This document shows, piece after piece, positions 24,611 to 34,023 of a stretch of 64,000 nt of DNA. This stretch comes from Alphaproteobacteria bacterium (GTDB lineage Bacteria; Pseudomonadota; Alphaproteobacteria; MPNO01), in NCBI GenBank assembly GCA_965242495.1, contig OZ251446.1, positions 2,820,559-2,884,558 of the forward strand, given 5' to 3'. A program made the translations under genes and the position numbers. A model generated the notes under the pieces. It had not been told where the DNA came from. It ran no database searches and saw only the letters and a program-made list of their open reading frames with translations. How positions within the stretch are numbered: the stretch's first letter is position 1; each line of letters begins with the position of its first letter.

Positions 24611-24937
24611 CTACGGCAGCTTGTAGAGGGCGACGAAGGCGAAGCCGGCGACGATCAACCCGCCCAGGCGAAGCGTCATGCGCAGTTCGAGCGCCTGCAG
24701 CTCGGCTTTGACTTCGGCCCTGAGTTGGGCGATCTCGGCCTTAAGCTCGGTCTTGAGTTCGGCCTTCACGTCGGTGATTTTGGCCTTCACGTCGGCGATG
24801 TCGGTCCTGGTGGCGGCGCCTTCGGCGAAGGCGTCGCGGACCATGGCGACGGCCGCTTCGGCCTGGGCCTCGTCGAACCCGGCGTCCCGGAGCGTCTTGG
24901 CCGCGGCGTAGGCGTCGAAGGCGAGCGCGGTCGTCAT
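24611..24937 (-). CDS. DUF1640-type coiled-coil membrane-anchored protein
   Basis: 108 aa: MTTALAFDAYAAAKTLRDAGFDEAQAEA..., a heptad-like KAE/LKTELKAEIAQLRAEVKAEL segment, and a C-terminal TM helix. The remaining 590 codons of the track ORF are antisense to hyuA. Confidence 0.62.
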   Translation of the reverse strand: MTTALAFDAYAAAKTLRDAGFDEAQAEAAVAMVRDAFAEGAATRTDIADVKAKITDVKAELKTELKAEIAQLRAEVKAELQALELRMTLRLGGLIVAGFAFVALYKLP

Positions 24938-25030
24938 ACGGCGGATCTGGACGCAACCGGCATCGAGCGCAAGGCCCGCGGTCGTCATCGCGCCGGGGCT
25001 TCCGCGCCGGCCTCGGGTATGAAACCCTAG

Positions 25031-27130
25031 ATGCGGGAGAGCCATGCGCGCATGACCGGGGCACGTCTGGCCGCCGACATCGGCGGCACCTTCACCGACA
25101 TCGCCGTCGAGACAGCGGACCGGCTGTTCACCTGCAAGGTCCTGACCACCACGGGCGCGCCGGAGGAGGGCATCTTCCAGGGCGTCGCCGCGGCGCTCGA
25201 CGAAACCGGGCTCGCGCCGGGCGATTTCGACCTGGTCATCCACGGCACGACGCTCGCCACCAACGCGATCATCGAGCGCAGGGGCGCGCGCGCCGCCCTG
25301 CTGGTGACGCAGGGATTCCGCGACACCGTCGAGATCGCCTTCGAGAACCGCTTCGAACAATACGACGTCTTCATGGAGAAGCCGGCGCCCCTGGTGCCGC
25401 GCGAACGCCGGCTGGAGGTGGCGGAGCGGATCGACAGCCGCGGCGACGTCCTGCTGCCGCTGGCCGAGGAGTCCCTGGCCCCGCTGATCGCGCAGCTGCG
25501 CGCCGACGGGGTCGAGTCGGTCGCGATCGGGCTGCTCCACTCCTATGTCGACGCGCGGCACGAACGCGCCGTCGCCGCGGCGCTGCGCGAAGGACTCCCG
25601 GGCGTCTCGATCACCCTGTCGAGCGAGGTCTCGCCCGAGATCCGCGAGTACGAACGCTGGTCCACGGCTGCGGCCAACGCCTACGTGCAGCCGCTGATGT
25701 CGCGCTATCTGGGCCGGCTCGAAGACCGGCTGAAGGCGATGGGCTTCGCCTGCCCGCTCCGCCTGATGACCTCGGGCGGCGGTCTCGCGGCGATCGAGAC
25801 CGCCCGCCGCTTCCCGATCCGGCTGGTCGAATCCGGCCCCGCGGGGGGCGCCGCCCTCGCCGCCCGCATCGCCCGCCAATGCCGGCTCGACCGGGTCCTG
25901 TCCTTCGACATGGGCGGCACGACGGCCAAGATCTGCCTGATCGACGACGGCGAGCCGCAGCACTCGCGAAGCTTCGAGGTCGCCCGCCAGTACCGCTTCC
26001 TCAAGGGCAGCGGATTGCCGCTTCGCATCCCCGTGATCGAGATGGTCGAGATCGGCGCCGGCGGCGGCTCGATCGCCGCCGTGGATTCGCTCCGGCGCAT
26101 CCACGTCGGACCCGAAAGCGCGGGCTCCGAGCCCGGACCGGCCTGCTACGGCCGCGGCGGCGAGAGCGCCACGGTGACCGACGCCGACGTGGTCCTCGGC
26201 CGCATCGACGCCGACGCCTTCGCCGGCGGCGACATGCCGCTGGACGCCGCCCGCGCCCGCGCCGCCATCGACGCCGCGGTGGGCGCGCCGCTGGGCCTGA
26301 CCGCCGTCGATGCGGCCTTCGGCGTCTCCGAGGTGGTCGAGGAGAACATGGCCAACGCCGCCCGCGTCCATGCGGTGGAGCGCGGGGCCGAGCTGGAGGG
26401 GCGGACGCTGATCGCTTTCGGCGGCGCAGCGCCCCTCCACGGCGCCCGGCTGGCGCGCTCGCTGGGAATCGGGCGCGTCGTGGTCCCGACCGAGGCGGGC
26501 GTGGGTTCGGCCATCGGCTTCCTGCGCGCCCCCGTCGCCTACGAGGTGGCGCGCAGCCGTTACGCCGTTCTCGACGACGGTTTCGACGTCGCCGGGTTGA
26601 ATGCGCTCTTCGCCGGGATGCGCGCCGAGGCGGAGGAGGTCGTCGCCGCCGCGGCCGCCGGCGCCGAGCTGACGGAGACCCGCACCGCGGACATGCGCTA
26701 TCGCGGCCAGGGGCACGAGATATCGTTCGTCCTGCCGCCGGGTCCTTACGACGCGACGACGCGCGACCGCCTGCTGCGCCTGTTCGAGACGGCCTACGCC
26801 GCCGCCTATGCGCGGCGCGTGCCGGGGATGGCGGTCGAGGCGATGAACTGGACGCTCCGCCTCGCCGCGCCCCAGGACCCGCCGCCGCCGCCGCCCGCCG
26901 CGCCCGGCGACGCCGCGCCCGCCCCCGCCGGATGGCGCCGGATCTTCGATCCCGACGCGGCGGCGATGCGGCGCGCCCCGGTCTACCGGCGGGGCGATCT
27001 GGCGCCCGGCGCTCGCATGGCCGGTCCCGCGGTCATCGCCGAGGACGAGACCACCACCGTCGTCCCCGCCGATTTCATCGCCCGGATCGACTCCCTGGGG
27101 TATATCGTCCTGTCGAAGGAACCCGCATGA
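25031..27130 (+). CDS. Hydantoinase/oxoprolinase A-family subunit (HyuA-like), copy 1
   Basis: RLAADIGGTFTDIA...IHGTTLATNAI...SFDMGGTTAKI. An alternative start is the ATG at 25052. Confidence 0.85.
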   Translation: MRESHARMTGARLAADIGGTFTDIAVETADRLFTCKVLTTTGAPEEGIFQGVAAALDETGLAPGDFDLVIHGTTLATNAIIERRGARAALLVTQGFRDTVEIAFENRFEQYDVFMEKPAPLVPRERRLEVAERIDSRGDVLLPLAEESLAPLIAQLRADGVESVAIGLLHSYVDARHERAVAAALREGLPGVSITLSSEVSPEIREYERWSTAAANAYVQPLMSRYLGRLEDRLKAMGFACPLRLMTSGGGLAAIETARRFPIRLVESGPAGGAALAARIARQCRLDRVLSFDMGGTTAKICLIDDGEPQHSRSFEVARQYRFLKGSGLPLRIPVIEMVEIGAGGGSIAAVDSLRRIHVGPESAGSEPGPACYGRGGESATVTDADVVLGRIDADAFAGGDMPLDAARARAAIDAAVGAPLGLTAVDAAFGVSEVVEENMANAARVHAVERGAELEGRTLIAFGGAAPLHGARLARSLGIGRVVVPTEAGVGSAIGFLRAPVAYEVARSRYAVLDDGFDVAGLNALFAGMRAEAEEVVAAAAAGAELTETRTADMRYRGQGHEISFVLPPGPYDATTRDRLLRLFETAYAAAYARRVPGMAVEAMNWTLRLAAPQDPPPPPPAAPGDAAPAPAGWRRIFDPDAAAMRRAPVYRRGDLAPGARMAGPAVIAEDETTTVVPADFIARIDSLGYIVLSKEPA

Positions 27131-28863
27131 CCGTCAACGACCCCCTTTCGCCCATCCGCCTGCAACTCATGTGGGACCGTCTGATCGCGGTCGTCGAGGA
27201 GCAGGCCCAGACCCTGCTGCGCACCGGGTTCTCGACCTCGACGCGCGAGGCCGGCGACCTGTCCGCCGGCGTGTTCGATCCCGCCGGGCGCATGCTCGCC
27301 CAGGCGGTGACCGGCACCCCCGGCCACGTCAACGCGATGGCGCGGTCGGTCCGCCACTTCCTCGACGAATTCCCGCTCGGCGACATGGCCGAGGGCGACG
27401 TCTTCCTGACCAACGATCCGTGGAAGGGCACCGGCCACCTGCACGACTTCACCTTCGTCACCCCCGCCTTCCGGCAAGGGCGGATCGTGGCCCTCTTCGC
27501 CAGCACCTGCCACGTCGTCGATATCGGCGGGCGGGGCATGACCTCCGACGGGCGGCAGATCTACGAGGAGGGGCTCTACGTCCCGCTGATGCGGTTCGCC
27601 CGCGCCGGCGAGGTCGACCGGGGGCTGCTCGGGATCGTCGGCGCCAACGTGCGCGAGCCGGTCCAGGTGATCGGCGACCTGCACTCGCTCGCCGCCTGCA
27701 ACGACGTCGCCTGCCGCCGCCTGACCGGGATGCTGGACGAGTTCGGCATCGCCGATCTCGACCGCCTCGGCGCGCACGTCCTGGAGCGATCGAGGACCGC
27801 GGCCCTGGAGGCCGTGGGGCGTCTCGCGCCCGGACTCTACCGCCACGCGATGCGCATCGACGGGCTCGAGGAGCCGGTCGATCTGGTCGCCGCCATGACC
27901 GTCGGCGCCGCCGGCATCGACGTCGATTTCACCGGCAGTTCCGGGGTTTCGTCCTACGGCATCAACGTGCCGATCTGCTACACCGAGGCCTATGCGTCCT
28001 TCGGCGTGAAATGCATCGTGGCGCCGTCGGTGCCGAACAACGAAGGTTCGCTCTCCGTCATCCGGGTCACGGCGCCGCGCGGCACGATTCTCAACGCCGA
28101 GCATCCGGCCCCGGTCGCGGTCCGTCACGTCACCGGCCAGATGCTGCCCGACGTCGTGTTCGGCTGCCTGCATCAGGCCCTGGGCGGCGGCGTTCCGGCG
28201 GAGGGAACGTCCTGTCTGTGGAACCTCTACGCCTTCGGCGGGCCGGGCCGCGTCGACGCCGCGCCGCAGGACCTCGCCGACAGCGAGCCCTTCACCGTCC
28301 TTAGCTTCCATTCCGGCGGCGCCGGCGCGCGCCCGGGCAAGGACGGCCTGTCCGCCACCGCCTTCCCCAGCGGGGTGCGCAACGTCCCGGTGGAGGTCAC
28401 CGAGGCGATCTCGCCGCTCGTCGTCTGGCGCAAGGAGTACCGCGCCGATTCGGGCGGGCCGGGGCGCCACCGCGGCGGGTTGGGCCAGGTCATGGAGCTC
28501 GGCCTCGGCGCCGACGCCCCGTTCGCCTTCAGCGCCCTGTTCGATCGCATCGAGCATCCGCCGCGCGGCCGCGACGGCGGCGGGGATGGGGCCGCGGGAG
28601 GCGTGCGCCTGGGCTCCGGCGGCGTCCTCGCGGGCAAGGGCACGCAGACGATCCCGCCGGGCGACCGGGTGGTGATCGAGATGCCGGGCGGCGGCGGGCT
28701 GGGCGATCCGCTGACGCGCGATGCGGCTGCGGTGGCGGCCGACCTGCGCGCCGGTCTGGTCTCGCCGGGCGCGGCGCGGGCCGCTTACGGCGTGGCGCTC
28801 GACTCCGCCGGCGCGGTCGACGCCGAGGCCACCGCCCGCCTTCGCGCCGGCGCGCCGGGGTGA
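27127..28863 (+). CDS. Hydantoinase B/oxoprolinase-family subunit (HyuB-like), copy 1
   Basis: The ATG at 27127 overlaps the hyuA stop (ATGA). LMWDRLIAVVEEQAQTL, STREAGDLSAGVFD and NDPWKGTGHLHDF are present. Confidence 0.85.
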   Translation: MTVNDPLSPIRLQLMWDRLIAVVEEQAQTLLRTGFSTSTREAGDLSAGVFDPAGRMLAQAVTGTPGHVNAMARSVRHFLDEFPLGDMAEGDVFLTNDPWKGTGHLHDFTFVTPAFRQGRIVALFASTCHVVDIGGRGMTSDGRQIYEEGLYVPLMRFARAGEVDRGLLGIVGANVREPVQVIGDLHSLAACNDVACRRLTGMLDEFGIADLDRLGAHVLERSRTAALEAVGRLAPGLYRHAMRIDGLEEPVDLVAAMTVGAAGIDVDFTGSSGVSSYGINVPICYTEAYASFGVKCIVAPSVPNNEGSLSVIRVTAPRGTILNAEHPAPVAVRHVTGQMLPDVVFGCLHQALGGGVPAEGTSCLWNLYAFGGPGRVDAAPQDLADSEPFTVLSFHSGGAGARPGKDGLSATAFPSGVRNVPVEVTEAISPLVVWRKEYRADSGGPGRHRGGLGQVMELGLGADAPFAFSALFDRIEHPPRGRDGGGDGAAGGVRLGSGGVLAGKGTQTIPPGDRVVIEMPGGGGLGDPLTRDAAAVAADLRAGLVSPGAARAAYGVALDSAGAVDAEATARLRAGAPG

Positions 28864-28891
28864 GCCGCGGCTTGGCGCATCGGCCGCCGGG

Positions 28892-29890
28892 TCAGCCGCC
28901 GAGACCGGTGGAAAGGACCATCTTCCCCTTGGTCCGGCCTTCGCCGAACAGGGTCCACGCGGCCTTGAAGCCGTCGAGCGGATAGGTCCCGGTGATCTCC
29001 GGCCTGACCTGCCCCGCCGCATGCAGCTCGCAGAGGTCGGCGAAGGCGCCATGGACGGCTTCGGGCATGTGGGTGAAGTGCAGGTCCAGGGAGATCCCCG
29101 ACAGCGCCAGGTTCTTGACGTTGAAATAGTTGGCCTTGGCCTCGGGAATGCGGCCCGAGACGTAGCCGATGGTGATGATCCGGCCGGCGAAGGCCAGCGC
29201 CCGCAGCGAGGCGTCGAAGACGTCGCCGCCGATCGGATCGAGGCAGATGTCCACCCCGCGGCCGTCGGTCACGGCGAAGACCTGCCGGCGCAGCGCCTCG
29301 CGCAGGTCGTCCGCGGCGAGGTCGATCGCGTGATCGGCGCCGTTGTCGAGGGCGAGCCGGCGCTTGTCGTCCGAGATGTCGCCGGCGACGACCAGCGCGC
29401 CCTTGGCCTTGGCGATCTGCACCGAGGCGAGGCCTATCCCGCCGGCGGCGCCGTTGACCAGCACCGACTCGCCGGCCCGGTAGCCGCCCCGGATCATGAG
29501 CGAGACGTGCGCGGTCGGGTATACCGTGCCCAGGCTGACCGCATCGGCGAAGGTCATGCCGTCGGGGACCGGGAAGCAACGCTCCTCCGGGGCGGCCAGC
29601 CGCTCGGCATAGGCCCCCCAGCGAACCTGGGCGAGGACCCGGTCGCCGGGCTTGAACCGGGTCGCGCGCTCGCCGACCGCCGCGACCACTCCGGCGGCGT
29701 CGCGCCCGGGGACGAACGGCCGCTCGGGCCGGGCCTGGTACAGGCCCTGGACCATCAGCGTGTCGGGAAAGTTGACGCCGACCGCATGAACGTCGATCAG
29801 AACGTCGCCGGGCCCCGCCTCCGGGGCCGGGAACTCTTCGACCTCGTGCGTGTCGATGGGTCCGAAATCGTGGACGACCACTGCGCGCAT
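28892..29890 (-). CDS. Zinc-type alcohol dehydrogenase-like NADPH:quinone oxidoreductase
   Basis: MRAVVVHDFGP...GVNFPD...VLVNGAAGGIGLASVQIAK. The start at 29890 is preferred because of SD spacing. The upstream part of the track ORF runs into the repeat cluster. Confidence 0.85.
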   Translation of the reverse strand: MRAVVVHDFGPIDTHEVEEFPAPEAGPGDVLIDVHAVGVNFPDTLMVQGLYQARPERPFVPGRDAAGVVAAVGERATRFKPGDRVLAQVRWGAYAERLAAPEERCFPVPDGMTFADAVSLGTVYPTAHVSLMIRGGYRAGESVLVNGAAGGIGLASVQIAKAKGALVVAGDISDDKRRLALDNGADHAIDLAADDLREALRRQVFAVTDGRGVDICLDPIGGDVFDASLRALAFAGRIITIGYVSGRIPEAKANYFNVKNLALSGISLDLHFTHMPEAVHGAFADLCELHAAGQVRPEITGTYPLDGFKAAWTLFGEGRTKGKMVLSTGLGG

Positions 29891-29930
29891 GTCCCGCATC
29901 CCTTTCGATCGTTCGGTGAGGCGCCGTTCC

Positions 29931-30127
29931 GGATTCCCGCTTTCGCGGGAATGACGAATTGTTGGCGTATCCGCCTCGAGCCGACGGCCTCTCTCGCCCG
30001 TCATCGTAGCCCCCCTCGTCATTCCCGCGAAAGCGGGAATCCAGGGCGGGCAAGGACGGGTCCTTGGCGTCCGCCTCGAGCCGTCGTCACAGCCCCTCCG
30101 TCATTCCCGCGAAAGCGGGAATCCATA
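29931..30127. repeat. Cluster B of the REP/MITE-like family
   Basis: Hairpin cores at 29931-29955 (reverse orientation), 30018-30043 and 30100-30124, with GGCGT(A/C)CCGCCTCGAGCCG modules between them. Confidence 0.85.
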
Positions 30128-30243
30128 GGCGGCGCCCGCGTAACGTGACGGGGCAGGCCGGAAACCTGCATGGGGGTCCTCCTGCGAGCCGTCTGTTCCG
30201 AACCAACGGCTCCGGAGACCCCCAACCCTCCTTCAAGCGCCCC

Positions 30244-30311
30244 GTCTCACATGTGTCCGAACCAGGACAGGCCGCCCCCCGATCCGTCCTGGTTCCGACA
30301 CATGTGAGACA
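30244..30311. repeat. Long hairpin built from two inverted copies of a second repeat family (GTCTCAYATGT..GAACC.GGAC)
   Basis: GTCTCACATGTGTCCGAACCAGGAC (30244-30268) and its near-perfect reverse complement (30287-30311), separated by an 18-nt loop. Confidence 0.75.
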
Positions 30312-30427
30312 CGGCCCATCGGGTCGGTTCCCGCCTTGCCGCGCCCGGAAGCTCACTTTAGTGTTCCAGCGGCGGCGCGGGCATCGAACGCGCGGGATGG
30401 ACGTCCGTCGTCAGTCGGGGAGAGGGA

Positions 30428-30715
30428 ATGACACCGGCGACGGCGCGATACTCGGCATCCCGCGCGCTCGGGTCCAGGCCTCTCACGGTCATCGCGCTGG
30501 CGGCGGCGGTGGCGGCGACCGTGCTCGACTGGTACTGGCCGTGGGGACTGCTGTTCGTCTACTGGACGGCGCCGAATATCCAGCGCGGTGAGGCGTTTCT
30601 GATCGAACCCATATCGAGGGCGCGCAATCCCGTCTTGTTCTGGGCGATTACCGGAATGTGGGCCGCGTTCGGCGTTTGGATCCTGTACGCGGATCTGGCA
30701 TGGCGTCTGTCGTAG
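30428..30715 (+). CDS. Hypothetical small membrane protein (95 aa, two predicted TM segments)
   Basis: The SD GGGGAGAGGGA lies directly upstream of the ATG. Hydrophobic stretches are LTVIALAAAVAATVL and VLFWAITGMWAAFGVWILY. Confidence 0.5.
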   Translation: MTPATARYSASRALGSRPLTVIALAAAVAATVLDWYWPWGLLFVYWTAPNIQRGEAFLIEPISRARNPVLFWAITGMWAAFGVWILYADLAWRLS

Positions 30716-30782
30716 CGCGCATTCGACGCCGTGCCCCGCGGCGCGAGTTCGTCCGGCGGCGGAGACGAAGGCGGAGGGCGCC

Positions 30783-31997
30783 GTGAGCGCCGTCGTCCAG
30801 CCTCCCGGGCGGGGCGGGCGCGCCATCTCCGACGCGCCGGTCCAGCGGCTGCCCCGCGAGGCCTACACCTGCCCCCGGTGGTTCGCGCGCGAGCGCCGCG
30901 ACCTGTTCGGGCGAAGCTGGGCCTGCGCCGGCATCGCCGACGATCTGCCGGAGCCGGGCGACTACGCGACGGTCCTGGCCGGAAACTATCCGCTGTTCGT
31001 GCTGCGCGACGACCAGGGAGGGTTGCGTGCGTTCCACAACCTGTGCCGGCATCGCGGGACGGAGCTCGTGGAAGGCTCCGGCCGGCTGGATGGTGCGCGC
31101 ATCGTCTGCCCCTATCATCGATGGACCTATGGCCTTGACGGCGGCCTGCGCGCGGTATCCATGCGCGCGCGGTGCTTCCCCGGCCTCGAGGTTGGGGACT
31201 ACGCCCCGCTTCCCGCCGCTCTCGGCGAGTTCAAGGGCCTGCTGTTCGCGCATCCGGACCCCGACGCCGACTTCGGCGACTGGCGGTCGGATCTGGAGAG
31301 AGTCGCTTGGCCCCACCGTTTCGATCGCATGCGCGCCGCCGCCGAAGTCACCTACGAGATGCGCTGCAACTGGAAAGTCTTCTTCGAGAACGCCATCGAC
31401 GGCTACCACTTGGCCTACCTGCACGACCGGACCCTCGGCGGCCCTCCCGCGCACCGCAACCTGTGGGAGGCGCACGGGCGTCATCTGGTGTGGTATTCGA
31501 CCGAAACCGGCCGCAAGACCTGTATGCCCAAGGCGCTCGCGGAGTCCATGGCGGAATGGGGCGAGAGAGTCATCGACGAGGCCCGGTCCGGTGAGTATGG
31601 CGGGGTGTTCATGCTGTTCCCGGGGACGATCGTGACCGCGGGGCCGACCCAGCTCTCCGTTTCCCGCCTGGTCGGGATGGCGCCGGACATGAGCCGCCTC
31701 TCGGTGCGCATCTGGCGCCGCGGCGGCGGCTGGACGTGGCCGCGCCGCGAGGAACCGGTCGAAGACCTGCCGGGCTACGACCCCGGCGACGGCCTTTTTC
31801 GCCTCGCCCGTCTCGAACGGCACCCGCTGGAAACGGGCGATTTCCACTGGGAGGACGTGTGGGTGTGCGAGAAGCTGCAACGGTCGCTGCACTCGCCGGC
31901 GTACCGGTTCGGCCCGTTTGCGGCCGGAGCCGGAGCGGAATCCCCCCTGGAATTCTTTCAGCGCAACGTGCTGGATTTCGTGACCGGGGGGCCGTGA
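30783..31997 (+). CDS. Rieske [2Fe-2S] aromatic-ring-hydroxylating oxygenase, alpha-type subunit
   Basis: CRHRGTEL...CPYHRWTY Rieske motif, and a catalytic-domain NWKVFFENAIDGYHLAYLH. GTG start with GGAGGG 5 nt upstream. Confidence 0.8.
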   Translation: MSAVVQPPGRGGRAISDAPVQRLPREAYTCPRWFARERRDLFGRSWACAGIADDLPEPGDYATVLAGNYPLFVLRDDQGGLRAFHNLCRHRGTELVEGSGRLDGARIVCPYHRWTYGLDGGLRAVSMRARCFPGLEVGDYAPLPAALGEFKGLLFAHPDPDADFGDWRSDLERVAWPHRFDRMRAAAEVTYEMRCNWKVFFENAIDGYHLAYLHDRTLGGPPAHRNLWEAHGRHLVWYSTETGRKTCMPKALAESMAEWGERVIDEARSGEYGGVFMLFPGTIVTAGPTQLSVSRLVGMAPDMSRLSVRIWRRGGGWTWPRREEPVEDLPGYDPGDGLFRLARLERHPLETGDFHWEDVWVCEKLQRSLHSPAYRFGPFAAGAGAESPLEFFQRNVLDFVTGGP

Positions 31998-32074
31998 CGC
32001 GTTGCGCCCGCCCGCCGGCGACGCCCTTCAAACGCGCCCGTCGCCGTTTCCGCTCCCGCCTTCTCCGCTGTCTT

Positions 32075-32152
32075 GGTCCAGACACATGTGAGATGCGGCC
32101 CATCGCGCCGGTCGATATCCGGCCTTGTGTCTCATATGTATTGAACCCGTCC
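32075..32152. repeat. Two copies (opposite orientation) of the GTCTCAYATGT..GAACC family
   Basis: GGTCCAGACACATGTGAGAT at 32075-32094 and GTGTCTCATATGTATTGAACCCGTCC at 32127-32152. Confidence 0.7.
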
Positions 32153-32162
32153 TTTCCTGCCC

Positions 32163-32290
32163 TGGATTCCCGCTTTCGCGGGAATGACGGAGGGGGCTGT
32201 GACGACGGTCCGAGGGAGGCCATCGGCTCGAGGCGGATACGCCAAGGGTCTCTTCACACGCTCTTTCGCGGGAATGACGAGGGGAGGGGG
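32163..32290. repeat. Cluster C of the REP/MITE-like family
   Basis: TGGATTCCCGCTTTCGCGGGAATGACGG..GTGACGACGGTCCGAGGGAGGCCATCGGCTCGAGGCGGATACGCC..CTTCACACGCTCTTTCGCGGGAATGACGA. Confidence 0.85.
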
Positions 32291-32348
32291 ACCGGATAGC
32301 GAAGGAGCCGCGAAGCGGCTTGACGCGCCGATCCCGGAGGCCCACCCG

Positions 32349-32374
32349 GTGTCTCATATGTAGTGAACCCGGAC
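32349..32374. repeat. Copy of the GTCTCAYATGT..GAACC family, 62 nt upstream of the acyl-CoA synthetase start
   Basis: GTGTCTCATATGTAGTGAACCCGGAC. Confidence 0.7.
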
Positions 32375-32435
32375 ACGATCTTGACCGGCCGGACCGCCCG
32401 TCCGATGATCGGCGGATCGCAACCGGGAGTTCGCC

Positions 32436-34016
32436 ATGCCTCCGAAGGTCGGGGGGACCGCGTTGGGGGCGCGTCACGAGCCGGCGATCGAATTCGCCTC
32501 CGTGCGGTCGCTGCTCGACCGCTACGCCGCGCGGGACGCCGGCAAGACCGCCCTGTACGACCTCGACCGGGAAACCTCGATCGCCTTCGGCGCGCTGCGC
32601 GACGCCGTAGATCGCGTCGGCCGCTGGCTCGCCGGCCGGGGGATCGGCAAGGGCGACCGGGTGGCGCTGCTGTCCGGGGAATGCCTGGAGAAGCTGATCC
32701 TGTGGCTCGGCGTCTGGCGCATCGGCGCGGTGGTCTGCCCGCTCAACGTCGAGATCAACGCCGCCTATCTCGCCGAGCTGCTTGGCAGCGTGAAGCCGAA
32801 GCTCACGCTGTGGCAGGACGAGCTGGCCGGCGGCGCGGCGGGCGAGGCCGTGCGGTTCGGGCGCTGGCGGCCGGACGCCGCGGGGAGCGCCGGGGCGTGG
32901 GACGTCTTCGACCGGCCCGGCGGTCCCGGGACCGGGCTCCCCATCGAGGCCGAGAACGAAGCCGGCGACCTCGCCTGCATCTTCTGCACTTCGGGCACCA
33001 CCGACAAACCGAAGCTCCTGTTCTGCGATCATATGGGCTACTGGCTGTTCGGCCTGTCGAGCATCGAGAACGTCGGCCATACCGAGCGCGACCGGACGCT
33101 CGAATACCGCTCCTTCGGGTGGAGTTCGGCCCAGGGCATGAGCCTGTTGCCGTGGCTCCAGACCGGCTGCACGCTGCACGTCGCCAGCCGTTTCTCGCGC
33201 GGCCGCTTCTTCGATTGGGTCAAGACCCACGGCATCACCTTCACGCCCGGCATCCCGACCGTGATCAACATGCTGCTCAACCGGCCCGTGGGCGTCAGCG
33301 CCGACGACGTGCCGACGCTCCGGGCGATGAGCTGCTCCACCGCGCCCCTGTCGCCCGAACGCTGGCGACGATTCGAGGACATGTACGGCATCCCGCTGCT
33401 CCAGATGTACGGCTCGTCCGAGGCCGGCTGGGTCTGCGGCAACCGGCGCGATTACAAGAAGAAGGGCACCGTCGGCCCGCCGGCGAAGCATCAGGAGTTC
33501 CAGATCGTCGACGCCGCCGGCGACCCGTGCCCGCCCGGCGTCGAGGGCGAGGTCACCGTCGGCGGCCCGCAATGCTGCATCGGCGCGATCTCGCCCGACG
33601 GCGTGTGGGAGGATTTCCGCGGCAAGCGCATCCATATGGGCGATCTCGCGGTCATGGACGAGGACGGCTTCGTCACCGTCACCGGCCGGCTCAAGGAGCT
33701 CATCATCCGGGGCGGCGTCAACGTGGCCCCGCTGGAGATCGACAACGTCCTGCTCGGCAACGCCAAGATCGCCGAGGCCGCGGCGGTGGGCGTGCCCGAC
33801 GAGATCTACGGCGAGGAGATCGTCTGCTACGTCGTGCCCAAGCCCGGCGAGGTCCTGACCGAGGACGAGGTCCGCCGCCACTGCGCGGCGAAGCTCCCCG
33901 CCTACAAGACGCCCAGGGAGATCCATCTGGTGGACGACCTGCCCCGGAACGACCGCGGCAAGGTCCGGCGCGACGCCCTCAAGGCGCGCTGGCGGGCCGA
34001 CTCGGCCGCCGGCTGA
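32436..34016 (+). CDS. AMP-dependent acyl-CoA synthetase/ligase
   Basis: The AMP-binding motif IFCTSGTTDKPK, YGSSEAG and GDLAVMDEDGFVTVTGRLKELIIRGG are present. GGGAG lies 7 nt upstream of the ATG. Confidence 0.85.
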   Translation: MPPKVGGTALGARHEPAIEFASVRSLLDRYAARDAGKTALYDLDRETSIAFGALRDAVDRVGRWLAGRGIGKGDRVALLSGECLEKLILWLGVWRIGAVVCPLNVEINAAYLAELLGSVKPKLTLWQDELAGGAAGEAVRFGRWRPDAAGSAGAWDVFDRPGGPGTGLPIEAENEAGDLACIFCTSGTTDKPKLLFCDHMGYWLFGLSSIENVGHTERDRTLEYRSFGWSSAQGMSLLPWLQTGCTLHVASRFSRGRFFDWVKTHGITFTPGIPTVINMLLNRPVGVSADDVPTLRAMSCSTAPLSPERWRRFEDMYGIPLLQMYGSSEAGWVCGNRRDYKKKGTVGPPAKHQEFQIVDAAGDPCPPGVEGEVTVGGPQCCIGAISPDGVWEDFRGKRIHMGDLAVMDEDGFVTVTGRLKELIIRGGVNVAPLEIDNVLLGNAKIAEAAAVGVPDEIYGEEIVCYVVPKPGEVLTEDEVRRHCAAKLPAYKTPREIHLVDDLPRNDRGKVRRDALKARWRADSAAG

Positions 34017-34023
34017 ACGGCGC

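Noticed and set aside
24938-26716. N-terminal 590 codons of track ORF 24611..26716. Similar long N-terminal extensions occur in ORFs 725..2131, 6618..8339, 11055..12917, 34024..35691, 44376..45785, 47855..49711, 54017..56557 and 60370..62043
   Set aside because: In each case only the C-terminal portion has a family signature, and an internal start is supported by an ATGA/GTGA overlap or an SD. The extension is antisense to, or overlaps, another well-supported gene.
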